A DNA stretch of 64,000 nt. Origin: a virus. The stretch's first letter is position 1. Each line of letters starts with the position of its first letter. The stretch is from positions 1 through 64,000 of the IMG/VR virus record IMGVR_UViG_3300010158_000060; one strand, 5' to 3'. A program made the translations under genes and the position numbers. Positions 48,977 to 58,177 of the stretch are shown in pieces. Under the pieces are notes generated by a model, which saw only the letters and a list, made by a program, of their open reading frames with translations, was not told the DNA's origin and did no database searches.

Positions 48977-50971
48977 CTAAAATAATTTTAATTGTGTAAT
49001 TACTGGCTCAAGAGAATTTATCTCTTTATAAATCTTATCTAAATAATAATTCAGATTGATACCATATTCTTCAAATGGTGTCTCTACATGTTTTACATAA
49101 ACTGTTTGCAACCAGCGTCCAGCTTCTATCTGGATCTCACGCTTGTCATCTTTGTTCTGTTTAATTATCTTACTACCGGTGTTAGACATGTAATACCTTA
49201 ATGTATCTTGTAAATTGTCTTTTACATAGTATCCCATTTCAACATGGTGTTCTACAAATTTCCAATTACCCTTAATCTTTACACCACCACAGTAATCAAA
49301 TATGTTATTCTCAGTAAGAAGATACTCTTCAGGCTTTATTCCATGTACAAAATACATAAATATAGCTTTTGGAATAATCAAAAAACTTTTGTTTTTGTGT
49401 AATGCTAGATTACTAAACTCAAACCGGCCTTTTGACTTAGTTGCTTTGAAGAAATATTCTCCATCAATTTCTTCATAAACATCATATGGGACCTTTTTCT
49501 TGAGTTCCTCATAAACTTCTTTGTCTATTTTCTTTCTTTCAGTTACAGCAATATAGTTATTTACATCTCCAAGAATTATTTTACTATATGTATCATGCTC
49601 CAGTTGCAGATTAGTTATGTTCTGCCATCTTTCACATATTTCCATATACTTATCATAATACTTTCTAGGAATCATTGTCTCTAGACCATCTGTATTCTGC
49701 ATTAAAGGCATAACATCTGGAATCTCTTCACAAATCATCTCATACAGCATCATTAGACTTAGCTGACCATTTACAGTAATTCTCATGGTAAACTCAGGAT
49801 CATATAGAAAACTATTCTCATCATTACTCAAACCATAAGTTGAGTTAAGAATAATCTTATATACATAGTTCTTTGGATCCTTCTTGCTTATTTTCTTTCT
49901 CTCATTAAAAAACCATTCATACAGATCACAGAATTCTGCTTTAGGAAGGTGATAGGGGGCCCATTTATTTCTAATAGCTAAGTTTGGATAATAACTGACA
50001 ACATCTGAAGACATGATTACCATATCATCATCTGATTCATATACACCAGCTGTTCTAGCTCCATGAACACCACCCAGACCAAAATCTGTTTTCAAACCCT
50101 TATACTGGACAGAATATTTGAAGCCTCCTTTAGTATTCATAGGATTTAATACAATCTCCTTAAACTTATTTAGTAAATTTTGAAATGTTGCAGTTTTAAA
50201 ATTTGTATAAGGTAAAATTATATCCTCAAATCTAATGTCGCTTCTATAGGTTCTTAGCTTTCTAAGTTCCCATTTCTTGTATCCAGTTTTTTCACTCAAG
50301 AAATGCAGAAACAATTCTTTAGAAATTCTTGGCTCAGATGCACTAAACAAATCAATGTTATACTCTATAGTTAGATTTTTCCGCAAATCAATTTGACTCT
50401 TATTCAACATCAAAATAGCCTTAGTAGACTTGACATCATTAATACAGTAACTAATAACCATATTAACATCATCTGCAGTAATCTCAGTACTATGATGAAT
50501 TGGCATATCAACTATGTTAGTCCAATCCATTGTATACTGAATCCACTTTAATGAACTTCTCTTAGCTGGATTATCCCAGTGATTAAGTTTAAACAAATCA
50601 ATTTGATTTATCTGCAGATCTCTAGGACTAAACTCAGTGAATTCACCTCTATTTTGTCTAGATATTACATCTTGTGCTTTGTAATAAAGAAATCTTGCTA
50701 TCTTGTCTCCATTGCTAGCAAGTAGCATTTTTTTGTTCCTAAGAACATGCTCTGTTATTTGAGCATCAAATGCTAAGCCATTAAAGCTTATATGCCATTC
50801 ATTATAGGCAATATTGTGTTCTAAAAATGTTATTAAATCAAAGATATCATTTCTGGATTCATGACACACAAATATTTCTTTATTGTCAGATTTTACATCT
50901 TCATACACAGCTACAAAACAATTCTTCAATGTTTCATAATCCATTACATAGTTTGTTCTCATAAGACACAT
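48977..50971 (-). CDS. polB: Family B DNA polymerase with 3'-5' exonuclease
   Basis: Exonuclease motifs DYET, FNGLAFD and YCINDV. Polymerase motifs DVVSYYPN, KIILNSTYG and NTDG. The start may be 50962. Confidence 0.92.
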   Translation of the reverse strand: MCLMRTNYVMDYETLKNCFVAVYEDVKSDNKEIFVCHESRNDIFDLITFLEHNIAYNEWHISFNGLAFDAQITEHVLRNKKMLLASNGDKIARFLYYKAQDVISRQNRGEFTEFSPRDLQINQIDLFKLNHWDNPAKRSSLKWIQYTMDWTNIVDMPIHHSTEITADDVNMVISYCINDVKSTKAILMLNKSQIDLRKNLTIEYNIDLFSASEPRISKELFLHFLSEKTGYKKWELRKLRTYRSDIRFEDIILPYTNFKTATFQNLLNKFKEIVLNPMNTKGGFKYSVQYKGLKTDFGLGGVHGARTAGVYESDDDMVIMSSDVVSYYPNLAIRNKWAPYHLPKAEFCDLYEWFFNERKKISKKDPKNYVYKIILNSTYGLSNDENSFLYDPEFTMRITVNGQLSLMMLYEMICEEIPDVMPLMQNTDGLETMIPRKYYDKYMEICERWQNITNLQLEHDTYSKIILGDVNNYIAVTERKKIDKEVYEELKKKVPYDVYEEIDGEYFFKATKSKGRFEFSNLALHKNKSFLIIPKAIFMYFVHGIKPEEYLLTENNIFDYCGGVKIKGNWKFVEHHVEMGYYVKDNLQDTLRYYMSNTGSKIIKQNKDDKREIQIEAGRWLQTVYVKHVETPFEEYGINLNYYLDKIYKEINSLEPVITQLKLF

Positions 50972-51003
50972 TCAGTTAAGCTGTTTCCCCATTTAGTTAA
51001 AAT

Positions 51004-51093
51004 TGCTTATTAAGGGATTCCAACCCTTATCCACTAACAAGTTAGCATGTTAAAACCATGTAGAGTATTCATTCCTCCTTACACCAAATAAGC
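51004..51093 (-). ncRNA. Non-canonical tRNA-like cloverleaf (apparent anticodon TTT, long variable arm, no encoded CCA)
   Basis: - strand reads GCTTATT TG GTGT AAGGAGGAATGA ATAC TCTA CATG GTTTTAA CATG CTAAC TT GTTAG TGGAT AAGGG TTGGAAT CCCTT AATAAGC A. Acceptor, D, anticodon, variable and T arms are all visible. Confidence 0.6.
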
Positions 51094-51104
51094 AATTTAA
51101 TAAA

Positions 51105-51482
51105 TTACTTAGTTTCAGTTGCTTCTTCAGTAAAAGCTGCATAGTCAAATGTAGAAGCATTAACTGCAAAAAGATTGATCAAATCTTTAATAGCAATTTT
51201 ATCTTCAACATAATATTCTTGGAAAACTTCAATTTTATTTCTTTCTTCCTTAAACTTTCTACCATTAGGTCTTGCTGACTTACATGCAACAGGATCACCA
51301 TTTTCATCCATTTTAGGTAACATGTGCAAACTTTGTTTAGTAATCTTAGATATGATTACAAATACTTTTGTAGCTGGATCAAAGATACATTCTACATATG
51401 GACATTCTACCGCAATTGGAATCAATCTAAAAGTTTGTGTTTCATTCCAAGTTGCTTGGACAATCATCATTGTGTTCTTCAT
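51105..51482 (-). CDS. Hypothetical protein (125 aa)
   Basis: Clean ORF with a TAAATTTG element upstream. Function not recognised. Confidence 0.7.
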   Translation of the reverse strand: MKNTMMIVQATWNETQTFRLIPIAVECPYVECIFDPATKVFVIISKITKQSLHMLPKMDENGDPVACKSARPNGRKFKEERNKIEVFQEYYVEDKIAIKDLINLFAVNASTFDYAAFTEEATETK

Positions 51483-52080
51483 AAATATTTATTTTATTAT
51501 TTAACAAATTTACTGCGGATTCTTCTATAGTTCCTAAATTAGCTATCTCTAATTTTAGAATTTCTTTATTTAAATCAGGTTTACTACACAATTCTCCAAC
51601 AGATTTAAGTAATTCCGCATCAGCATTTAACAAATCTGCATACTCATTAAAGTATTTTTCAGGATACAAATAACTTTTTACATATTGATAGTTTCCACTT
51701 TGCGGATCAAAAAAGTTTAAAATTTTAGCTTTTAAATTCAGATTTATTTTGCTATACTTTCCATCAAGAAAGTTAGCCCACTCCTCTACCAAATCAGAAA
51801 AATCAAATGTGAATACACTAGTTTTTGAGTTAGCTTTAACATATCCAAACAACCTTGGATGTTTAAGTAAAACTGTTTTTACAAATACTTCAAAAGTATT
51901 TGTCTCATCATTTTCATATACACATACTAATTTCATATCCTCAGAGATCGTGCTATTTTCTTCCCAAGCAACATAAGTTGCATTAGGGACATAAGCTGCA
52001 CCTCTTTTTATTCCCAGGAGCGGATATATGAACACCTGGGATTTTTGGAAATATTTCCTATACACTGAATTTAAAGCCAT
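51442..52080 (-). CDS. Hypothetical protein (212 aa)
   Basis: Clean ORF coupled to the nuclease gene. Function not recognised. Confidence 0.7.
   Translation of the reverse strand: MALNSVYRKYFQKSQVFIYPLLGIKRGAAYVPNATYVAWEENSTISEDMKLVCVYENDETNTFEVFVKTVLLKHPRLFGYVKANSKTSVFTFDFSDLVEEWANFLDGKYSKINLNLKAKILNFFDPQSGNYQYVKSYLYPEKYFNEYADLLNADAELLKSVGELCSKPDLNKEILKLEIANLGTIEESAVNLLNNKINIYEEHNDDCPSNLE
51505..51512 (-). promoter_or_regulatory. Bacteroidota-type -7 promoter element
   Basis: TAAATTTG on the - strand, 23 nt before the ATG at 51482, within the end of the upstream gene. Confidence 0.45.
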
Positions 52081-52085
52081 AATTC

Positions 52086-53105
52086 CTACAATTTTACATT
52101 ATTAACAAGTAATGAGTATGGTAGGTCATATCTTCTATTATCATAGTGCCACTTAACAGTTTTCACTATTTCATTAAAAGATTCCTTCCATTTCTCTAAT
52201 GTTTCTTGACTAACTTGGAATGGATACACTAGATTATACTTGTCAATAACAATAAATGTTACTTGAAACTTCCAATCAAATTTATCTTCTTTGTCAGCAA
52301 GATATTTGTTATTTGCAAGAATAGTATAAATAACGGCTTGCATCCAATACTTATAATATTCTACAGTCTCTGGAAAATCTTGGATTGCTTTTGATGTTGT
52401 CTTGAGATCATTGATGAATATAGTCTTAGATTCAGAATCTACAACTACATGATCAAGTATTCCATGAAGTCCAAAGCTTAGTTTAGGATTGTTATACTCT
52501 AAACGCAACTCACTTTCTACAACAAGATGAATATCTTCAGGTTTTCTATCTAATTGTAATAAAGCTCTGACATCTTTATTGTTTCTTAGAATTTCAATCT
52601 GAACTCTGCAGCCACTCAGAGTCTCTTGATCTACAACAGTTTTACCAACGCTGTTTTTCAAGAAATCAAAATAGGTCTTGTTTTCTTCTGTAAGAATCTT
52701 GTCAAGTCTTTGCTGATCTGTTTTGAGAGATTGGTAGAGATTAGCTGTAAGAAGTAATGTGAGAATATCTTGGGAGTAGTCATCCAAAGATAATGAATTA
52801 TTACCTATTGACAAGTGAATCTTAAATAAATCACTGATGATTTTTCTTTGGCTATCTGTAGGCATCTTACCTGGTAGCTCTAAGAATTGTTCATCAAATT
52901 TTTCTTCTTCAAATAATAGACAATGCAGAACGCGCCCTGCAACAAGGTGCGCGTCTGTAGAGTCTTCTCTTTGATTAAGAACATAATGGTTGTAAAATAC
53001 CACCGGGGAATATAATAACTTGTTAATTCCACTATAACTGAAGTAAAACTTCTTCTTATAGAACTGCTCTAACTCTTCATTAGAACCAATCAATGCTTGA
53101 CTCAT
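52086..53105 (-). CDS. PD-(D/E)xK exonuclease (RecE/Cas4-like), probable start MSQALIG at 53105
   Basis: FSYSGINKL, GRVLHCLL, ESEL, HGILDHVVVD..INDLKTT, YKYWMQAVIY. The first 36 codons of the track ORF are an out-of-frame read of the upstream acidic tail. Confidence 0.8.
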   Translation of the reverse strand: MSQALIGSNEELEQFYKKKFYFSYSGINKLLYSPVVFYNHYVLNQREDSTDAHLVAGRVLHCLLFEEEKFDEQFLELPGKMPTDSQRKIISDLFKIHLSIGNNSLSLDDYSQDILTLLLTANLYQSLKTDQQRLDKILTEENKTYFDFLKNSVGKTVVDQETLSGCRVQIEILRNNKDVRALLQLDRKPEDIHLVVESELRLEYNNPKLSFGLHGILDHVVVDSESKTIFINDLKTTSKAIQDFPETVEYYKYWMQAVIYTILANNKYLADKEDKFDWKFQVTFIVIDKYNLVYPFQVSQETLEKWKESFNEIVKTVKWHYDNRRYDLPYSLLVNNVKL

Positions 53106-54417
53106 CTTCTTTTTCTTTATTAGGTTCAACAATAACTTCTTCTTGGGTATTCTCAATAGTAATTTTAGTTTCTTCAACCACTTCTTCAATTGTTTCAGTA
53201 ATTTCTTCTTCAACTACATTTACATCTGATAATTCAAAAGATGGTTCTTGTTCAACTACATCTTCTAAGTTTAAACTTTCAGTGTTTACAGCTTCAACAA
53301 GTTCTTCTTCTAAAACTTCTTCTTCTACAATTTCTTCCTCTTCTTGAGCAACCGGTTCATAGTTATCTTTTAATGAAAACACATAATTTTGATTTAATAT
53401 CTTGTGTATGTCATCTGATACAGTGATGTTTTTTACATGAAAAAAGTCTGTATTACCATTTCTCATGATTTCTTCATGATAATGCTTCATTAATATATCT
53501 AACTTATCTGCAGTAAGAACCTTAAAGGTGCTTAAAGATTTAATGATATGATCAAGGTCTGTATGAAATCTATATCTATCTTTTCCAATTGTGTTACATA
53601 AACTTTTAAAGTTTACATGGTTTCTTGTATTAGAATTATAAATTGTATCAGAGTAATCTTTAAACAACATTTCAATAAAAAGTAAACTATCAATAATGTT
53701 TGAATTAGCCATAATTTCCATTGCCAAGACATGATTATCTTGATCATTACTCTTAAACATATTTGATAACTGACCAAACATTTCATAGTCAATAGTTACA
53801 TTCTTAGCATTAACTGCATTTATTAAAGCATTAACATTATAGATTGTTAATTTTTGTAATTCTTCAACTTCTGCAACAAATTCAGGATCAATTACATTAT
53901 AAGTATGTGAATCATCATACTTATCATGAATTACAAGGTTGTGTCTATTTTTTATATCTCTAAAATTATTCATACTTGAATAAGTGTAGAATATTTCAAG
54001 ATTTTCATCAACTGTTTTATGAGCTTCAATTACATCTTTTAAATCAGATACATCAGTTGGTTCACAACCTAAGTCTTTTGTAAAATAAACCATTAACTTT
54101 TCAAAGTCAGCTACTGGCATTTTATATACCCATTGGCTACTTGAATTATAATATTCATGTTGAGTTTTATCAGAACCAAAAATATAATCTGCAGCACTTA
54201 TATCTCTAATAGTTTTAGTACCATTATCTTGATTAAACTGTTTTACTTTTACTCTAGGAATATTAATTCCAGGTAAAAGATATAGTTTTTCACCTTTATT
54301 TGGTTTAAAATCTATATCTTGAATATCAAACAATGGTTTAGAAATACTAATCATATGTTTAATTTCAGTAGTGAAATCACCATTGTTATTCATTGTTATA
54401 AAAATTCTTGCTTTCAT
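53080..54417 (-). CDS. Hypothetical protein (445 aa) with possible BRCT-like N-terminus and acidic tail; MoxR/VWA-associated
   Basis: LYLLPGINIPRVKV...IRDISAADYIF, MFKSNDQDNHVLAMEIM, and an E-rich tail ending IDWF. Confidence 0.65.
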   Translation of the reverse strand: MKARIFITMNNNGDFTTEIKHMISISKPLFDIQDIDFKPNKGEKLYLLPGINIPRVKVKQFNQDNGTKTIRDISAADYIFGSDKTQHEYYNSSSQWVYKMPVADFEKLMVYFTKDLGCEPTDVSDLKDVIEAHKTVDENLEIFYTYSSMNNFRDIKNRHNLVIHDKYDDSHTYNVIDPEFVAEVEELQKLTIYNVNALINAVNAKNVTIDYEMFGQLSNMFKSNDQDNHVLAMEIMANSNIIDSLLFIEMLFKDYSDTIYNSNTRNHVNFKSLCNTIGKDRYRFHTDLDHIIKSLSTFKVLTADKLDILMKHYHEEIMRNGNTDFFHVKNITVSDDIHKILNQNYVFSLKDNYEPVAQEEEEIVEEEVLEEELVEAVNTESLNLEDVVEQEPSFELSDVNVVEEEITETIEEVVEETKITIENTQEEVIVEPNKEKEDESSIDWF

Positions 54418-54428
54418 TTTTTTAATAT

Positions 54429-54458
54429 AAAAAGATAGGGATGTAATCCACCCCTATC
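54429..54458 (-). terminator. Putative intrinsic terminator
   Basis: Stem GATAGGG (54434-54440) / CCCTATC (54452-54458), followed by TTTTT on the - strand. Confidence 0.6.
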
Positions 54459-54508
54459 ATAGTTAATAATTATGTTACTTGTGTTTACAGGGAACTGGTT
54501 TATCCTGT

Positions 54509-55678
54509 TTATTTTACTGACATCTTTACTACATCTGCATTCATCATCAACGGAGCAAATTTAACTTTGTTACCATTGATTAATTCTTTGATGATATAAT
54601 ATCTCAAGTCATCTGTAAAAGAATCACAATCTGTAGTAAGTTTGATTAATCTCTGAACCATTGGTTGAGAAATAGAATTTTTCTCAGCAAAAGTTAAACC
54701 ATAGTTAACAATTCTTGTTGCAACTACACTAGATAAATCAGCTCGGAAATCAACATCAGTTCCTATAGCACTTTTAAGTGTGTTTAACACATACTGCTCA
54801 TCTTTCTCAAAGATATCTTTTGGTCCAATAATTTTATCTAGTTTATTATTAATAAACATAGTAAACATAGAAGCAAAATCATTACCAACAGAACCTTCAC
54901 CAATCATTTGGATAATTGGTAAGTTCTTAGCAAATTCTGTAATAGAACTAATAGAGTTAAAGAATGTAGTAATCATCCTTGGATTAATTCTTTGAGAAAC
55001 TAATTCTGGATTCATCAACAAGAAGTTAATACATCTACTGTCAATGTTAGCTTTCTCTGCCCACTTAGCCCAGATGTTAACATCAAATTTTACTTCTGTA
55101 GAAATAAATCTGGTCTTCTGAGCAACATCTAAAGAAGTTACATTATAATCACCATTGTCTGGGTTAGTAGTTAACAAAATATGCCAGTTCTTAGGTAATT
55201 TCCAAGAAGCATATGCTTGCTCATCAATAAGAGTCATGGTAGCTTGCATGAATCTATGGTCAGCTCTGGTGTAGTCATCTAAGATTAAGAAACCACCTTC
55301 ACCTCTACCTTGAATCCATTCAGGAGCAGCATGAGCCATTCTCTTATTGATTACTTTGTAACCTTTCTTCATTGCTGCATCAATCTGATGCTCATTAATC
55401 CAGGTAGTCTTACCTTCTGCATTTGAAATCTCAAATTCTTTTACAGGAAAACCTACAAGGTCACCTAATTCCTCAAACTCTGCTAAGTTTAGTCTGATCA
55501 TATCCATGTTAAGCTCTGAAGCTAATTGTTTTACTGATGAAGTTTTACCCAAACCAGCATCACCCTCTATATTCACTGCTACAGGAACTTTACCATTAGC
55601 TTGTATATGTTGGTTATTAGTAACCATATACTTTACAAAATCTTTTAACTCATCTAAATTTAATTGAACTTGGCTCAT
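54509..55678 (-). CDS. MoxR-like AAA+ ATPase
   Basis: Walker A GDAGLGKTS, LGDLVGFP, Walker B FLILDDYTRA, LTTNP, LDVAQKTRF and NPRMIT. Confidence 0.85.
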   Translation of the reverse strand: MSQVQLNLDELKDFVKYMVTNNQHIQANGKVPVAVNIEGDAGLGKTSSVKQLASELNMDMIRLNLAEFEELGDLVGFPVKEFEISNAEGKTTWINEHQIDAAMKKGYKVINKRMAHAAPEWIQGRGEGGFLILDDYTRADHRFMQATMTLIDEQAYASWKLPKNWHILLTTNPDNGDYNVTSLDVAQKTRFISTEVKFDVNIWAKWAEKANIDSRCINFLLMNPELVSQRINPRMITTFFNSISSITEFAKNLPIIQMIGEGSVGNDFASMFTMFINNKLDKIIGPKDIFEKDEQYVLNTLKSAIGTDVDFRADLSSVVATRIVNYGLTFAEKNSISQPMVQRLIKLTTDCDSFTDDLRYYIIKELINGNKVKFAPLMMNADVVKMSVK

Positions 55679-55697
55679 AACTTTTCTTTTTAATAAT

Positions 55698-57005
55698 TTA
55701 TAATTCTAACTTGATAACTTTGCCTGGTAATCTATCATTCATACTTGATCTTTCAGATAATACCCACAATATTTTGCCTTTTGGCTTTATTCTTGTACCA
55801 CACTCACCATCAGTAAAGTATACTAAACTTGTATACTTTCTAATGTTTGCATCATAATACTCTAGGACGGGATCAAATTCAGTCCCACCTCTACCAACAA
55901 CATTCAAATCATTCTTGCCTTTATAGGGCTCAATACTGTTGATTTTTGTATCACACTGGATAATTGTAATGTCAACACCTGTTTTATAAATGTGTTGAAT
56001 CTCATTCATAAACTCTTTAAGCTCTGAATCACTTACTGAACCTGAAGTATCAATAGCTAATAAGATATGCTGACGCATTTTAATTTTCAGACCTGGAAAT
56101 GCCGGAAACCTTCTGTTTTCCTTTCTCTGAAGTTTCTTGGTAAATACTTTTGTACTTGTACCAGTAAATCTTCTTACATAACCTCTCCAATCAAATTTTT
56201 GTTTTACAATTTGATCTATTTTAATAAGAGAAGACATCTCACCAGGAACATAACCTCTTTTCTTTTCAGTTTGTTCTTTAGCCTCAGTAAGAATTCTCTG
56301 AATCTGACGGTCCATAAGTTTCTGTTCTGTCTCACCTATGCCTTCAAATTCATCCCATGTAGCATGATCATCACAAGAATCATTTCCTTGTTCTAAATCA
56401 TCAAGCAATTGATCCATAGCATCAGAACCAGAAGTACCATTCTTTTCTTTTTCTTCTTGAGCTTCCTTCAGCTTCTTATAATAATACTTAGTACCTGCTT
56501 TTGTATCCAGATTTAATTCATGATAATCATCAATCATTATACCTCTCATAGGTATCTTAGCTTCAATTTCTTTTAATTCTTCTGGTGTAGCATTATTATC
56601 TATTGCTAGTTTATGCTCAGCCATGACAGCATCTTTAAGTGCTTTATATTCATCTGCTGTGTAATCACCACCAGGTAACCATGTATTATCTATATACTGG
56701 TTAATCTCCATGTCCATTGCAATATTGGCCATCTTTCTATCAGCAAAAGCATGATAAGCTGTTAAGTGTCCAAATGCAATGTGTAATAGTTCGTGTTTTA
56801 ACAAACCTAATCTATGTAAATCAGTCAAACCACACCAGAAAGCCTCATTGATTGCTAACTGGTAGTTTATTCCATTCTTACTAACTCCTGCTGTAGGAAT
56901 GTCATTTCTCCAATGCTTGTTAAGCTGGATTAGAAAATAGCCATAATATGGCTCTTTAAGCATAAGGTCCTTACTGGCCTTGCTTAGTAAATCTACTTTA
57001 TTCAT
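55698..57005 (-). CDS. Zincin metallopeptidase-VWA domain protein (DUF2201-like)
   Basis: PTAGV, LKHELLH, NIAMDMEIN, MIDAS motif IDTSGS, QCDT, GRGGTEF and YFTDG. Confidence 0.85.
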   Translation of the reverse strand: MNKVDLLSKASKDLMLKEPYYGYFLIQLNKHWRNDIPTAGVSKNGINYQLAINEAFWCGLTDLHRLGLLKHELLHIAFGHLTAYHAFADRKMANIAMDMEINQYIDNTWLPGGDYTADEYKALKDAVMAEHKLAIDNNATPEELKEIEAKIPMRGIMIDDYHELNLDTKAGTKYYYKKLKEAQEEKEKNGTSGSDAMDQLLDDLEQGNDSCDDHATWDEFEGIGETEQKLMDRQIQRILTEAKEQTEKKRGYVPGEMSSLIKIDQIVKQKFDWRGYVRRFTGTSTKVFTKKLQRKENRRFPAFPGLKIKMRQHILLAIDTSGSVSDSELKEFMNEIQHIYKTGVDITIIQCDTKINSIEPYKGKNDLNVVGRGGTEFDPVLEYYDANIRKYTSLVYFTDGECGTRIKPKGKILWVLSERSSMNDRLPGKVIKLEL

Positions 57006-57427
57006 ACTTTCTTTTTTATTTCTAAGTCACCTTTAACATCATAACCAAACTTAATCAGAGTGTTTTTCATTTCAGAAATGTATAATTCTAAATACAACTC
57101 TATATACATTTCATTATCAGTACCACCAAAAGGAAGAACACTATTTAAAAGTGTTAAGCTCACACTTCTGTTGTCTAAAGAAGTATGTAGAAAACTACCA
57201 AATCTTTTTGTAAGCTCAGTATAGAAATTATTATGCATCCAGAATTTTTCACTCTTACCAGCAAATGAAATAATAATAAAAGCCCATTCAATATTATCTT
57301 CCATATCTAGACTTTCTAATACTGTTTTAGCCATTTCATGATTACTTTCATCACTAGATTTAATCATTGCAATCAGATTCTTACACTCTTCTTTGTTTAA
57401 CTTGAAATCAGAATTTGTATTTTCCAT
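57002..57427 (-). CDS. Hypothetical protein (141 aa) sharing a motif with 53080..54417
   Basis: LIAMIKSSDESNHEMAKTVL, with an ATGA overlap onto the VWA gene. Confidence 0.65.
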   Translation of the reverse strand: MENTNSDFKLNKEECKNLIAMIKSSDESNHEMAKTVLESLDMEDNIEWAFIIISFAGKSEKFWMHNNFYTELTKRFGSFLHTSLDNRSVSLTLLNSVLPFGGTDNEMYIELYLELYISEMKNTLIKFGYDVKGDLEIKKKV

Positions 57428-57685
57428 CAGTCTTCTATTTTAGTATTATACAATTCACTATGATATTCATTCCACATTTCCCTTGGTATTCTATAATATT
57501 CATTATCATCAGGAATTGAAACCTCACCTGAGTCATAATAATTAAATGCAGGGTGATAATCAGGATTTTTTTCAAACCAGATAGCAGATGCCTCTCTAAT
57601 TTTAGAATACCATTCTTCTTTTCTTTCCTGTGTCATAACTACTTTGTTTTGTAAAACCGACCAAGAATTTTTCCATCAGTCTTCT
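57420..57685. repeat. 17-bp direct repeat TTTTCCATCAGTCTTCT at 57420-57436 and 57669-57685
   Basis: Exact match read from the sequence. On the - strand it is a stop/start junction, AGAAGAC-TGA-TGGAAAA. Confidence 0.8.
57427..57636 (-). CDS. Hypothetical protein (69 aa)
   Basis: ORF lies between the two 17-bp repeats, with a TGATG overlap onto the next gene. Confidence 0.55.
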   Translation of the reverse strand: MTQERKEEWYSKIREASAIWFEKNPDYHPAFNYYDSGEVSIPDDNEYYRIPREMWNEYHSELYNTKIED

Positions 57686-58059
57686 TTTTTAATAACACCA
57701 TCTATGTTTATTACTTTTGGTCCAAGTTTTTCTACATCATAACCTTTTACCTTTATTAAAAATTCTTTGTATTCATCAGTAGTTATTGAATGTAAACCTT
57801 TATATATTTCTTTAGAATCAAATATTTGTTTAACAGCACCAAACATATTTACTGTATTCATATACATTTCACCCATAAATGAATCATCTCTATTAAAAAT
57901 AGATGGGTCTAATGCCAATGTTGTAACTTTTTGATCATTATCATCTCTTGTAAGAGTAAATTCTAATGATAAACTTGACTCATCAGGATTTGTTTTATTT
58001 GTGAAAACCACTTTGATTTTCTCATTTTCCAGTCTAATAATTTTTTGTTCTTCTTCCAT
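57676..58059 (-). CDS. Hypothetical protein (127 aa)
   Basis: Clean ORF. No motif recognised. Confidence 0.6.
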   Translation of the reverse strand: MEEEQKIIRLENEKIKVVFTNKTNPDESSLSLEFTLTRDDNDQKVTTLALDPSIFNRDDSFMGEMYMNTVNMFGAVKQIFDSKEIYKGLHSITTDEYKEFLIKVKGYDVEKLGPKVINIDGVIKKED

Positions 58060-58072
58060 GATTATTTAATTT

Positions 58073-58165
58073 TTACATTTTACCAAATAGAGAATTTTCT
58101 CTACATTTTTTAACATGCTTTTCAATAAAAGCTAAATACATATAAATGCATTTAAGTGTTTTCAT
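58073..58165 (-). CDS. Possible 30-aa micro-ORF
   Basis: MKTLKCIYMYLAFIEKHVKKCRENSLFGKM* fills the gap between two co-oriented genes. Confidence 0.3.
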   Translation of the reverse strand: MKTLKCIYMYLAFIEKHVKKCRENSLFGKM

Positions 58166-58177
58166 AACTATTTTACT

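Noticed and set aside
51004-51093. Suppressor tRNA reading of the tRNA-like element (TTA anticodon) or tRNA-Leu(TAA)
   Set aside because: The only anticodon-stem pairing (CATG/CATG) centres TTT in the 7-nt loop. Shifted registers lose the stem, and there is no sign of recoding.
52930-52954. GC-rich inverted repeat ACGCGC...GCGCGT in a CpG-poor genome
   Set aside because: It is only 6 bp, lies inside coding sequence for the conserved DAHLVAGRV motif, and has no T-tract.
52086-53105. CRISPR-Cas system suggested by the Cas4-like nuclease
   Set aside because: No repeat-spacer array or other cas genes were seen, the Cas4 Fe-S cysteines are absent, and the context is replication/recombination.
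53106-53213. Lys/Leu-rich N-terminal extension of the nuclease ORF as given in the track
   Set aside because: It is an alternative-frame read of the Glu-rich tail of 53080..54417. The ATG at 53105 is the more plausible start.
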